Shown piece after piece: positions 1-10,153 of a stretch of 64,000 nucleotides of DNA. Made by a program: the position numbers and the translations under genes. Each line of letters opens with the position of its first letter. Position 1 is the stretch's first letter. The stretch covers positions 1 through 64,000 of the forward strand of contig JBLWVX010000013.1 of the NCBI GenBank assembly GCA_048268245.1, read 5' to 3'. The notes under the pieces were generated by a model that saw only the letters and a list, made by a program, of their open reading frames with translations, made no database searches and was not told the DNA's origin. The DNA is from Arcobacteraceae bacterium (GTDB lineage: Bacteria; Campylobacterota; Campylobacteria; Campylobacterales; Arcobacteraceae).

Positions 1-151
1 ATAAAAGGTTTATAAATGGCATATATATTTAATTTTATATTGCTTACATTTATTATTATAATCTTTTCTGAAGACATTGATAAATATTTTACTTCTTTAG
101 CTAAACTTATTGTAGATAATTTAGTATAATATGAAAAACTAAGGTCTAATA

Positions 152-571
152 ATGATAAAAACTCCCCATTTAAGTGTTGATGGAATAATCAAATTATACG
201 ATAATAATAAAAATTTTAAAGGTATTGTACTTATTGAAAGACTTAATACTCCTCATGGTGTTGCAATTCCTGGTGGTTTTGTTGATATTGGTGAGAGTGT
301 TGAAAATGCTTTAGTTAGGGAAATGAAAGAAGAGACTAATTTAGATGTAAAAATTGAATCATTATTAGGTGTTTATTCTGATCCAAATAGAGACCCAAGA
401 TTTCACACAGCATCTATTGCGTACATTTGTAGTGCAGTAGGAACTCCTAAAGCTTGTGATGATGCAAAAGAGGTTTATATCTTTTCTTTAGATGAATTAC
501 CATTTGATAAAATGGTTTTTGACCACAATAAAATATTAGAAGATTTTCTTGAAAAAAATAAAAATCTTTAA
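152..571 (+). CDS. NUDIX hydrolase (ADP-ribose pyrophosphatase-like)
   Basis: Nudix box GGFVDIGESVENALVREMKEETNL followed by YSDPNRDPRFH. Confidence 0.9.
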   Translation: MIKTPHLSVDGIIKLYDNNKNFKGIVLIERLNTPHGVAIPGGFVDIGESVENALVREMKEETNLDVKIESLLGVYSDPNRDPRFHTASIAYICSAVGTPKACDDAKEVYIFSLDELPFDKMVFDHNKILEDFLEKNKNL

Positions 572-603
572 TTAAATTGATATTCAATTATACAAAAGAT
601 TTA

Positions 604-630
604 TAAGTAATAGCAAAAAGCTATTACTTA
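604..630. terminator. Inverted-repeat terminator between convergent NUDIX gene and BCCT remnant
   Basis: taagtaatagc-aaaaa-gctattactta perfect stem. Confidence 0.6.
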
Positions 631-1770
631 GTTAATTTAAGTTCCGCAGTTAAGCCTTTATATAAGCTATAACACATTATTAGAATTATTATTGTCGGTT
701 GTAATAGAAGCAGCTTAAAGTACTTTTATGGCTTCTTTTCCACCAATATAAAGTAGACAATAGCAGCTAATCCTTCAATTAGTGCCTAAAATACTCTTTG
801 TACAATAGGAGCATCTACTGTTCCACCAGCTGTGATACTATTAATAACTAATGAACCCGAAGTTAGAAGATGTTATAAAGAAGACAGCAACTAAAGAAAT
901 AGCCACAAAAGATGTGATTGATACAAAAGGTATATTTTTAAGCATTTGAAAGATAGCTAATGATTTGTCAGAAATACCATTTGCCAGTGCTCCTATTTCA
1001 GTGATTACTTGATCTAAGGCTGTAAGTCCAAAAGTACTCATCCAAATTGCAGTTACAATCATAGGTACAAAAAGTACAGCTATTATAAACTCTCTTACAG
1101 TTCTTCTTTTTGATACTCTTGCAATAAACATTCCAACAAATGGAGACCATGTAATCCACCAAGCCCAATAAAAAAAATAGTTCAACTATGGGTATTTATC
1201 ATCTTCTTTATCAACAAAATTACTTAAATCAATAATATTAGAAGCATAATTTCCTAATGTAGTTCCAACTCCAAGTAAAATATCTAATGTTGGTCCCACA
1301 ATAATTATAAATAAACCAACTACTGCATAAATGGCCCAAGGGTGTAATCACCAGTGGTACATCATAGCATCCACTGCTAATTCTTATTCTTGAAGAGTGT
1401 TTGCTTCAACATTTAAAATATGTATAGTAAGCAACAGATTCTGTTATAGACCAATACATAAGGCCAATTCCTATACTAGCAGCGAAAAGCAGAAAATGTT
1501 GAAAATGTTGAAAATGTTGAAAATTCAGGTTTTGCATCTTTCTCACCAATTCTTAGTTTTCCTACAGGTAAAAAGATTAATAGTAAACAGAATATTACAA
1601 AGATATTAGCTGCTAACATGAATTAGCAATCAAAGTTATTTATTGACTAGCATTTCGCTCCATCTAGTATTTCTTTAACCCTCTTTAGGTGATATAAGTG
1701 TTCCAATAACAAATACAAGTAAAGCATTTATAATAATATATCTAAACCGAATTTTTGTAAGTTGTCTTGA
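630..1770 (-). pseudogene. Decayed BCCT-family (betaine/choline/carnitine) transporter
   Basis: ORF 841-1185 has [27 protein letters not shown]; other fragments (PEFSTFS, YHW, HPWAIYA) are in broken frames upstream; boundaries approximate. Confidence 0.85.
1492..1524. repeat. 9-bp tandem repeat (GAAAATGTT)x3 plus a partial copy, inside the BCCT pseudogene
   Basis: Read directly at 1492-1524. Confidence 0.9.
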
Positions 1771-1979
1771 CCAATTAATATTGAAAAGTTACTTAAAGGG
1801 AAAAGTTATATGTCTTTAAAATCATATTATATTAAAATTATATAGAAAAGTATTAATACTATTATTCTTCTTGTGTGATAATAAATATACATATTATGTA
1901 TTTATTTCAGACTTTATTAAGTTAAAATAATACATAATGAATGTAGATATATTACATTTAATATGAATGGAGTTTAGGT

Positions 1980-3185
1980 ATTAACACAAATAAAAAGAAA
2001 AAATTAACAGTAAAAAATGTTTTTAAAGTTTTTGGAGATAATCCAAAAAAAGCTTTAAAACTATTAGAAAATGGTGTTTCAAAAGAAGAGATCTTTGATA
2101 AAACTGGTATGACTATCGGTGTTCAAGATGCTAGTTTTGAAATAAACGAAGGTGAAATTTTTGTAATCATGGGACTATCTGGTTCTGGTAAATCTACTTT
2201 AGTAAGACTTCTTAATAGGTTAATAGAACCTACTTCTGGGCAAATTTTAATTGACGATACTGATGTTACGAATTTAAGTGATAAAGAACTTATAGATATT
2301 AGAAGAGAGAAAATCTCTATGGTATTTCAGTCATTTGCATTAATGCCTCATATGAATATTATTGATAATGTTTCATTTGGTTTAGAATTAAGTGGTGTTA
2401 CTAAAAATCAAAGATATGAAAAAGCAAGAAAAGCATTAGCTCAAGTTGGTCTATCACAGCATGAGTTTTCTTACCCTGATGAATTAAGTGGTGGTATGCA
2501 ACAAAGAGTTGGACTTGCAAGAGCTTTAGCTAATGACCCAGAAATTATGTTGATGGATGAAGCTTTTTCAGCTCTTGATCCATTAATTAGAACAGAAATG
2601 CAAGATGAACTTTTAGTTTTACAAGAAGAAGAAAAAAGAACTATTGTATTTATTTCTCATGACTTAGATGAAGCAATTAGAATTGGAGATAGAATCGCTA
2701 TTATGCAAAATGGTGAGGTTGTTCAAATAGGAACTCCAGAAGATATTATAAATAACCCTGCAAATGATTATGTAAAATCATTCTTTAAAGGTGTTGATGT
2801 AACATCTGTATTAAATGCTTCTCATATAGCTAAAAAAATTAGACCAACTATTATTAATAAAGAAAGTAGTGGTATTAAATCAGCACTTCAATATATATCA
2901 GACTTTGATGAAGATTATGCATATTTTGTAGAAAAAAGTGGGAAATACATAGGTATATTAACTTTAGATTCTTTAAAAGAACAAAAAGCAGCTGGTGGAA
3001 CTATTCATGATGCTGTTATTGATGAAAAAGCTATTGATGAAGATATGCCAATATCTGATTTTATTGCAAAAGTAGCAGAGCATAACTACCCAACAGCAGT
3101 AATTGATAAAAATGGAAAGTATAAAGGAACAATCTCGAAAAGTAGATTGTTAAAAGTATTTGATGAAGGAGTAGAAAATGAGTAG
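1980..3185 (+). CDS. proV: Glycine betaine/proline ABC transporter ATP-binding subunit
   Basis: Walker [31 protein letters not shown]-terminal CBS-like region; frame is open upstream of ATG 2109 with a ProV-like N-terminus ([11 protein letters not shown]); ATT start at 1980 is inferred. Confidence 0.9.
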   Translation: MNTNKKKKLTVKNVFKVFGDNPKKALKLLENGVSKEEIFDKTGMTIGVQDASFEINEGEIFVIMGLSGSGKSTLVRLLNRLIEPTSGQILIDDTDVTNLSDKELIDIRREKISMVFQSFALMPHMNIIDNVSFGLELSGVTKNQRYEKARKALAQVGLSQHEFSYPDELSGGMQQRVGLARALANDPEIMLMDEAFSALDPLIRTEMQDELLVLQEEEKRTIVFISHDLDEAIRIGDRIAIMQNGEVVQIGTPEDIINNPANDYVKSFFKGVDVTSVLNASHIAKKIRPTIINKESSGIKSALQYISDFDEDYAYFVEKSGKYIGILTLDSLKEQKAAGGTIHDAVIDEKAIDEDMPISDFIAKVAEHNYPTAVIDKNGKYKGTISKSRLLKVFDEGVENE

Positions 3186-4197
3186 TGATCCATGGGGAAA
3201 TGCTTCAACTGCACAAGAGAACAAAGAATCAAGTGTAAACTGGACGCAAGAAGTTGCAAATGCTCCTATAGAAGAAACACCAAAGTTCGATATTTTAAAC
3301 CCTTTTGAAAATGCAATAATTCCTTTTGATGATTGGACAAATAAAGGTATTGATTGGTTAGTAGAAAACTTTAGAGAGGTTTTTTTAGCAGCAAAAGCTC
3401 CTATTGATATTGTTTTAAAATCAATTGAAGCTTTTTTATTATTTTTAAATCCTTATGTAGTGATTATATTTTTTGTTTTATTAGCACTGCAGTTTTCTAC
3501 TAAAAAACTTGCTCTTGGTACTTTAGTTTCATTTTTAGTTATTGGATTTATTGGAGCATGGGAAGAATCAATGATTACCTTAGCTCTTGTATTAACAGCT
3601 GTACTGTTCTCCATAATTATAGGTCTTCCTTTGGGTATTTGGAGTGCTAGAAGTGATAATGTTGATAAGTTTTTAAGACCAGTCTTAGATGCTATGCAAA
3701 CAACTCCTGCATTTGTTTATTTAATTCCAATTGTAATGCTATTTGGTATTGGTAATGTTCCTGGTGTTATTGTTACAATTATTTTTGCATTACCACCATT
3801 AATTAGACTTACAAATTTAGGTATTAGACAAGTACCAGAGGATTTAATCGAAGCATCTAGATCTTTTGGTGCTAGTAGTAAACAAATGTTATGGAAAGTT
3901 CAAATTCCAGTTGCAATGCCTACAATTATGGCAGGGATAAATCAAACATTAATGCTTGCATTATCAATGGTTGTAATTGCCTCTATGATTGCAGTTGGTG
4001 GTTTAGGTCAAATGGTATTAAGAGGTATTGGTAGACTTGATATTGGTCTTGCTGCAGTTGGTGGTTTAGGTATTGTTCTACTTGCGGTAGTTTTAGATAG
4101 ATTAACTCAATCTATGGGACAAAAAGATAAAAGTGATAAAACTAGATGGTTTGAAAAAGGACCAATTGGTTTTGTGTATAAACTAACTAAAAAATAA
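3178..4197 (+). CDS. proW: Glycine betaine/proline ABC transporter permease
   Basis: [16 protein letters not shown]-like loop EASRSFGAS; overlaps proV stop. Confidence 0.92.
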   Translation: MSSDPWGNASTAQENKESSVNWTQEVANAPIEETPKFDILNPFENAIIPFDDWTNKGIDWLVENFREVFLAAKAPIDIVLKSIEAFLLFLNPYVVIIFFVLLALQFSTKKLALGTLVSFLVIGFIGAWEESMITLALVLTAVLFSIIIGLPLGIWSARSDNVDKFLRPVLDAMQTTPAFVYLIPIVMLFGIGNVPGVIVTIIFALPPLIRLTNLGIRQVPEDLIEASRSFGASSKQMLWKVQIPVAMPTIMAGINQTLMLALSMVVIASMIAVGGLGQMVLRGIGRLDIGLAAVGGLGIVLLAVVLDRLTQSMGQKDKSDKTRWFEKGPIGFVYKLTKK

Positions 4198-4206
4198 GGA
4201 GAGATT

Positions 4207-5178
4207 ATGAGTTTAAAGAAATTATTATTAGCAGGTGTTACTTCAGCAGTTGTAGCATCATCACTATTTGCAGCAAAGGTAACTGCTGTTAAAACAAATA
4301 TTGCAGAGGAAGCATTTCAAATGGAAATTGTTTCTGCTGTATTAGAAAAAATGGGTCATGAAGTTACAACAACAAATGATATAAACTATGATATTGCATA
4401 TCAAGAAATAGCAAATAATTCAAAAGGTGATAGTGTTTATTTCTTAGCTTCTGCTTGGTTTCCTTTACATGATAGTAAACTAAAAGCTGTTGAAGATAAA
4501 GTTAAAAAGTTTGATACAAATTTTGTTGCTAATTGTGCACAAGGTTATTTAGTTGATAAAAAGACTGCTGATAAATATGGTATCAAATACTATAATGACT
4601 TAAAAAAGCCAGAAATCGCAAAACTATTTGATTTAAATGGAAATGGAAAAGCTGATTTAACTGGATGTAATGCAGGTTGGGGATGTGAAAAGGTTATTGA
4701 ACATCAGTTAGATGAATATGGATTAAGAGATACTGTTGAACACAATCAAGGTGAATACTCAGCACTTATTGCTGATACTATTGCAAACTATAAAACTGGT
4801 AAACCAGTTCTTTATTATACATGGACTCCATACTGGGTTTCTGGTAAGTTAGTTCCAGGGAAAGATGTAACTTTCTTACAAGTAACACATAGTGCAAATC
4901 CTAATACAGATTCTACAAAATTATCAAATGGTGCAGATTATGGATTTAATGTAAATAATCAAAAAATTGTTGCTAGTGCAAATGTTAAAGAGCACAAAGA
5001 TATCTCAAAACTATTTGAAATTATTAATATAAGTGTAAATGATATTTCAGGTCAAAATATGCTAATGGCAAATGGTCAAAATAAAGAAAAAGATGTTAAA
5101 AGACACGTTAAACTATGGTTACAACAAAATGCAAAACAAGTTGATTCTTGGGTTGCTCAGGCAAAAGCCTCAAAATAA
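4207..5178 (+). CDS. proX: Glycine betaine/proline ABC transporter substrate-binding protein
   Basis: Signal peptide; GKADLTGCNAGWGCE and YYTWTPYWVS typical of ProX. Confidence 0.9.
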   Translation: MSLKKLLLAGVTSAVVASSLFAAKVTAVKTNIAEEAFQMEIVSAVLEKMGHEVTTTNDINYDIAYQEIANNSKGDSVYFLASAWFPLHDSKLKAVEDKVKKFDTNFVANCAQGYLVDKKTADKYGIKYYNDLKKPEIAKLFDLNGNGKADLTGCNAGWGCEKVIEHQLDEYGLRDTVEHNQGEYSALIADTIANYKTGKPVLYYTWTPYWVSGKLVPGKDVTFLQVTHSANPNTDSTKLSNGADYGFNVNNQKIVASANVKEHKDISKLFEIINISVNDISGQNMLMANGQNKEKDVKRHVKLWLQQNAKQVDSWVAQAKASK

Positions 5179-5187
5179 AACATCTAC

Positions 5188-5210
5188 AAACAAGGGTTAT
5201 CCCCTTGTTT
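5188..5210 (+). terminator. Terminator hairpin after proX
   Basis: aaacaaggg-ttatc-cccttgttt. Confidence 0.65.
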
Positions 5211-5284
5211 AAATAAACTTATCCTTTTAAATTTCTATATAAAATCAAAATCCAAAGAGTAGTATGAATAATATTTCAAAATCA

Positions 5285-5435
5285 ATGAATGCTGTAATCT
5301 CAAAAGCAAAAGGAAAATATGCAATTTCAGGTGCTATTGGCGGTGCGATAGTAAATTTAGATTTAAGAACACTTTATTTAAAAGATTTACGAACTTAAAG
5401 ATATTGTAGAAGCTCAAAAAGAGTTTTAGAAGTAA
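5285..5435 (+). pseudogene. Remnant of an MDR / zinc-binding alcohol dehydrogenase family C-terminus
   Basis: Translates GKYAISGAIGGAIVNLDLRTLYLKDL, then KDIVEAQKEF in another frame; resembles MDR C-terminal motifs. Confidence 0.55.
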
Positions 5436-5450
5436 AATAAGAGCTAAAAT

Positions 5451-5474
5451 AAAAGGTGTAATTATACACCTTTT
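5451..5474. terminator. Bidirectional terminator hairpin
   Basis: aaaaggtgta-atta-tacacctttt. Confidence 0.65.
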
Positions 5475-5483
5475 AAGATACCT

Positions 5484-6359
5484 CTACTTTTTTTCTAGTA
5501 TTTTTTTTACATCTTCATGATTTGCAAGTTCAGCAAATTCTTCTTCTGTTTCTATTTTATAAATATACTCTTCATTTAATTCAATAGCTTTTTCCAAGTC
5601 TGCAATAGCATTGTCTTCTTGTCCTAGTACAGCATATACTTTAGCTCTTTGATAGAAAGCATTTGGATAATCACTATCTATTTCTAAAGCTTGGTTAGTA
5701 AGACTTAATGACCAATTTGCTTCTCCTAAGTCAAGTGTTGCATCAGCTTTATAAGTTAGGGCTTCAGCTTCATCTGGTCTTATTTTTAGAATCTCATCAT
5801 AAATCTCAATCTTACCACTTGGAGTTGTTTCTTGTGAAGCTCTAAGCCATAATGAGTGGATTGCATTCATTATTTCTATTTCTTGTTCATTTTGTTTTAC
5901 TTGTTTAGCTCTTTTAGCTAAATCTTTTTCAAACATCGACATTCTTTCATCATATTCAAGGATTGTTTTTGAGGTTTTTTCATCAATCATATGTTTAACT
6001 TTCTCATTAATGTCTCTAATTGAAGACCAACCAATTATCACTAAAATAGAACTGGCTGCTGCAATGATATAAAACATATTATTTATAGTTGATGTTGCAT
6101 AATTTATCACGTTTGTTGATATATCAACTTCTTTTTTTGCTAAAGTCTTATGTAAGTCAATTTTTAAGTCTCTATTTTCCTCTCTTAACTGCTTTATTTC
6201 ATTTAATATGTAGTTTTCTACAAATGGATTATAAAGAGGCTTTTTTAAAGAGCTAATTTTTTCATCAATTTTTTCTTTTTTAACAGGTTCAGTTTTCGAT
6301 TGAGCTATTAGTATAGTGCTAATAAGTAGTAATAAAACTGCAATTTTTCTCATGTGCAT
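5484..6359 (-). CDS. Membrane-anchored coiled-coil/TPR-repeat protein
   Basis: Signal peptide, internal TM helix, C-terminal TPR pattern (AFYQRAKVYAVLG...AIADLEKAIELN). Confidence 0.8.
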   Translation of the reverse strand: MHMRKIAVLLLLISTILIAQSKTEPVKKEKIDEKISSLKKPLYNPFVENYILNEIKQLREENRDLKIDLHKTLAKKEVDISTNVINYATSTINNMFYIIAAASSILVIIGWSSIRDINEKVKHMIDEKTSKTILEYDERMSMFEKDLAKRAKQVKQNEQEIEIMNAIHSLWLRASQETTPSGKIEIYDEILKIRPDEAEALTYKADATLDLGEANWSLSLTNQALEIDSDYPNAFYQRAKVYAVLGQEDNAIADLEKAIELNEEYIYKIETEEEFAELANHEDVKKILEKK

Positions 6360-6481
6360 CCTTCTAGTTTTTATAATAATTATGTATTATAGCTTATTTA
6401 ACAAAAATCGAAATAAATAGAAGATTTAGAATATAATTATGGAAATAATTGTATAATTTGACAAAAAATTAAAGGACAGTT

Positions 6482-6820
6482 TTGGCACTATTAAACAATG
6501 ATAAAGATATTTTACCTCTAAGTAGTATTGCAGAACTTTTAACGGCAAAAGTAAGAACTCTTAAAATGTATGAAGATAAAGGACTACTTCCTAAAAAGAT
6601 AGATGGTAAAAAACTTTACTCAATTAATGATGTTAAAATGATAGCATTTGTTCACTATTTAGCAAGTGCAAAAAAAATCAATGCAAATGGTATAAAATAT
6701 ATTACTGAAATGTTAGAAAATAACATGGATGAAAAAAATAAAGCTGATTTCTTAGATATAGTTGAAACTAAGATGGAAAAACTATCAGGTATTGATGTAA
6801 AAGATGTAGATGTAATTTAG
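6482..6820 (+). CDS. MerR-family (HspR-like) transcriptional regulator
   Basis: SSIAELL...RTLKMYEDKGLL...KLYS HTH pattern; TTG start with AAGGA RBS. Confidence 0.75.
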   Translation: MALLNNDKDILPLSSIAELLTAKVRTLKMYEDKGLLPKKIDGKKLYSINDVKMIAFVHYLASAKKINANGIKYITEMLENNMDEKNKADFLDIVETKMEKLSGIDVKDVDVI

Positions 6821-6828
6821 TTCCAATT

Positions 6829-7326
6829 TTAAAAAATTGGAACTAATTTATAGTCTTGTGTTTGCCAACCAATAAGTGAAATAAATCCATCTGCTATTAT
6901 ATCCATCTCTTTAGGGATTGTTTTATTAGGTATTTTAAATACTTTTGTTGCAACTGCACAAACTTCCATTCTTACACCTAATTTAGCTAATCTTTTTATA
7001 GAATTTTGAATTGATTCTAAATGCTCTTCATTTTCCATTTCAAAAGCTTCATCTTGTTTTGTACTTAGAAACTTAACCGTCTCTCCAATAAAAACTAAAA
7101 CCATTTTAGGTTTAACTCCTTGATTTAGTAAACCTTTATGAGTTCCTTCAATGATATTTAAATAAAAAGCAGTTTTTCTTACATTTGTAAAGTCAATTAG
7201 AAAAACACTTTTTGCTTCTTTTATTCCGTTTAATGCTACTTTATCATTTATTTCTTTTGCGCTTAAATTGTTTAGACAAAAAAGCGTAATAAATATAGAT
7301 AAAATCAGTTTATTAAGTAGTTTCAT
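6829..7326 (-). CDS. Exported DsrE-family protein
   Basis: Signal peptide; GVRMEVC..A and GFISLIGWQ..Y motifs. Confidence 0.75.
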   Translation of the reverse strand: MKLLNKLILSIFITLFCLNNLSAKEINDKVALNGIKEAKSVFLIDFTNVRKTAFYLNIIEGTHKGLLNQGVKPKMVLVFIGETVKFLSTKQDEAFEMENEEHLESIQNSIKRLAKLGVRMEVCAVATKVFKIPNKTIPKEMDIIADGFISLIGWQTQDYKLVPIF

Positions 7327-7511
7327 AATTCTTCCTTGTTTCTTAATATTATAATTATATATTATAAAGTTTATTTTAAAAATGAGAATTATAATTTAAA
7401 ATTATTAATTTGATTAAAAGTATAATAAAGTAACATTATTGTTACAAATACTTATAGGAAAATACAATGTTCTATTAGATATAATTGGGCAACTTAAATA
7501 TAGGAATAATA

Positions 7512-8045
7512 ATGAGTGATAGATTACATGAGATAATCGCGCAAATAGGTGTTTTACACAATGAGCTTATAAATAATGAAAAAATAAAAGATGCAAATTT
7601 AGTATTTGAATATATAGAAGACTACGATAGTGATGTTCAAGAACACTATTTAAATTTACTTTTACAGTATTATTTCCAGAAAAATGAGTTAGATAATTTA
7701 AAAGAATTATTATTAGTTGGTGCAAAGTTTGATATGAGATTTTCAGATGTAAAAGATGCTTTTTTAAATATTGAAAATAATAATGAAAATGTAATAGAGT
7801 TTATGGAAGAGAGCATTGTTTTTATAAAAGATGAGATAGAAGATGAGATTAAAGAAATGTATGACTTTTATCAATCAAATGAAGAAAATCAAGTAAACTT
7901 AGAACAAAGTATTGAAGTAATAAAAAGAAATAGGTATGTATGTGCTTATTGTCATAAAAATATTGAAAAAGAAGAGTGTAAGTTTTTTTTGAATGAAGAC
8001 TTATTAGAAAGTCTTAAAAGAGATTTACCATATCTCTTAAAGTAG
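7512..8045 (+). CDS. Acidic hypothetical protein
   Basis: Long ORF; ATG 7512 follows AGGA, preferred over TTG 7485. Confidence 0.6.
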   Translation: MSDRLHEIIAQIGVLHNELINNEKIKDANLVFEYIEDYDSDVQEHYLNLLLQYYFQKNELDNLKELLLVGAKFDMRFSDVKDAFLNIENNNENVIEFMEESIVFIKDEIEDEIKEMYDFYQSNEENQVNLEQSIEVIKRNRYVCAYCHKNIEKEECKFFLNEDLLESLKRDLPYLLK

Positions 8046-8052
8046 GGATTTA

Positions 8053-8790
8053 ATGCCTGCGTCTTTTGAGTTGGTAATACCAGAGAATTTTTTGTTTATA
8101 TCTGCAAACTTATCTTATATATCATTCTGTATATTTGTAAGTTTTTTATTATTTAAAATATTTAGATCGAAACTATTTTTTTTAGTATGTGTAGTTTTGT
8201 CATTAAGTATTTTTTATAATGATATATTTTTAAAATATGCTATAAAAAAGTTTTATACTTTAACTTCTTATAATAGTACTTTTTTAAAAAAAGCATCTAA
8301 AAATGAGTATGGAAGAATTGAGAGTTTATCCACAATAAAAGTTTATGGTTATGATATAAAACAACTAGCAAATTTAACATCAAGTTCAAAGCAAGCTATT
8401 TCAATAGCTCATGAAAATTATGTGGAAAAGTTTATTGATATACCTTTGCTTGAATATAAATTTAAAAGATATAAGTATAAAAAAATCAGACTTTTTTTAA
8501 ATGGCAATGAATACAGTGACGAATCAAAAGATAAATCAGTAAAAGCTAGGTTTGAAATAAAAGTAGAAAAGGTAAGAAGTCTGTTACCAAGTATGTATGA
8601 TGAATATAAATATAGATTTATAGATAATAATACAAAAGAAATTTTAGCAACAGCATATTATGTGAAGTTTTTACATAAAAAGAGTTTGAGGCATAAGCTT
8701 CTATATTGGAATGAAGAAAGAGATAGCGCTTTTCATCCTGATGATATACAAAATTTTGATAAGGTATATAGAAAAGTATTTATTGAGTAG
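8053..8790 (+). CDS. Hypothetical membrane protein (two N-terminal TM helices)
   Basis: 245-aa ORF with hydrophobic N-terminus. Confidence 0.6.
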   Translation: MPASFELVIPENFLFISANLSYISFCIFVSFLLFKIFRSKLFFLVCVVLSLSIFYNDIFLKYAIKKFYTLTSYNSTFLKKASKNEYGRIESLSTIKVYGYDIKQLANLTSSSKQAISIAHENYVEKFIDIPLLEYKFKRYKYKKIRLFLNGNEYSDESKDKSVKARFEIKVEKVRSLLPSMYDEYKYRFIDNNTKEILATAYYVKFLHKKSLRHKLLYWNEERDSAFHPDDIQNFDKVYRKVFIE

Positions 8791-8792
8791 TA

Positions 8793-9116
8793 TTAAAAAA
8801 TACTACCCATTTCATCGTTTAAGTATTCGTCAATTTTTTCTTTAAAATCTTTAAAGTCTTTTGAACCAAGTTTATTAAATATAACTATCTCTTCTCCAAA
8901 GTCATCATGAATAAAATGATCTTGTTTAATAACTTCTTTATATAGTTTTTGAATATCTTCATCACTCTCATTTTTGTTAAATAAAAACCAGTTTGCAGTT
9001 GAGTTTTCTATTCTGATTAGTCCATAAGTTTTTTTATCATCTACATAGTCTTGAATAGTTCCACCATCAAACTGTGCTCCTACAACTATATCATCTTCAT
9101 TTAAAATCATTTCCAT
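8793..9116 (-). CDS. Small acidic hypothetical protein
   Basis: 107-aa ORF with AAGG RBS. Confidence 0.6.
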   Translation of the reverse strand: MEMILNEDDIVVGAQFDGGTIQDYVDDKKTYGLIRIENSTANWFLFNKNESDEDIQKLYKEVIKQDHFIHDDFGEEIVIFNKLGSKDFKDFKEKIDEYLNDEMGSIF

Positions 9117-9193
9117 TATTAAACCTTTGTTTTGAACTTAAAATGAATTATAATTAAACTACTATTACTTAAGGCTTTAAGAGCCTTTATTTT

Positions 9194-10114
9194 ATGAACT
9201 ATTTGATACAATTGCTAAAATTTAAAAAAGGCTATAAAATAAAAAAGTTTAAAAAAGTTCATATAGAAATTACAAATATTTGTAATCTAAAGTGTACATT
9301 TTGCCCTCCAAAAATAAAGCCAAATGAGACTATGAGTTTAGAGCATTTTGAAGATATAAACTCACAACTTAAAGATTATACAAAACAGTTAGCTTATCAT
9401 GTAGTAGGAGATCCTTTAGTTCTATCAAATTTAGGTAAATATTTAGATATTAGTTTAAAAAATGATTTAGAAGTAAATATTACTACAACTGCAAATAATT
9501 TAAATGAAAAACATTTTGATACTTTAATGCATAAAGCAATAAGACAGATTAATTTTTCAATTAATTCTTACAATGCAAATTCACATAAAAAGAGTTTAGA
9601 TGAGTACTTAGACCCAATTATTAGTTTTATAAAATATGCACAAGATAAAAAACATGAGTATTTTATAAATCTTAGAATTTGGAATTTAGATGAACAAAAA
9701 AGTGCAAAGCAGTTTAATCAAAAAGTATTTGAAAAAATAAATAAAAGTTTTAATACAGATATATTACTTGATGAGGTATATAAAAATAAACCTAAAAATA
9801 TAAGAATAGACAGAAAGCTATTTTTTAATTTTGATGAGTATTTTAACTGGCCTAGTTTAGAAAATAAGTTTGTATCAAATGAAGGTTTTTGTTATGGTTT
9901 AGATTCTCATTTTGGAATACTTTCATCAGGTGATGTAATACCATGTTGTTTAGATCAAAATGCCTGTGTAAATCTTGGAAATACAAATGATACACAAATA
10001 AAAGATATATTAAACTCAAAAAGAGTAAAAGCTATTCAAAAAGGTTTTAAAGAAGGTAAGGTAATAGAAGAGCTTTGCCAAAAGTGTGAATATAGACTTA
10101 GGTTTGATAAGTAA
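9194..10114 (+). CDS. Radical SAM/SPASM-domain protein
   Basis: CNLKCTFC (CxxxCxxC), C-terminal GDVIPCC...CQKC; true start may be ATA at 9239. Confidence 0.88.
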   Translation: MNYLIQLLKFKKGYKIKKFKKVHIEITNICNLKCTFCPPKIKPNETMSLEHFEDINSQLKDYTKQLAYHVVGDPLVLSNLGKYLDISLKNDLEVNITTTANNLNEKHFDTLMHKAIRQINFSINSYNANSHKKSLDEYLDPIISFIKYAQDKKHEYFINLRIWNLDEQKSAKQFNQKVFEKINKSFNTDILLDEVYKNKPKNIRIDRKLFFNFDEYFNWPSLENKFVSNEGFCYGLDSHFGILSSGDVIPCCLDQNACVNLGNTNDTQIKDILNSKRVKAIQKGFKEGKVIEELCQKCEYRLRFDK

Positions 10115-10153
10115 AACTAAGCTATAATCCTAAAAATTATTAAAAGGTTTGAT

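Noticed and set aside
1492..1524. Tandem repeat as a possible CRISPR or functional array
   Set aside because: Only about 3.7 adjacent 9-mers with no spacers; consistent with slippage in a dead gene
1397..1609. 70-aa plus-strand ORF with KMLKMLKMLK
   Set aside because: Antisense shadow of the BCCT pseudogene; the periodicity comes from the 9-bp repeat
6482..6820. Calling the MerR-family regulator hspR
   Set aside because: Only general HTH similarity, and no cbpA/dnaK context
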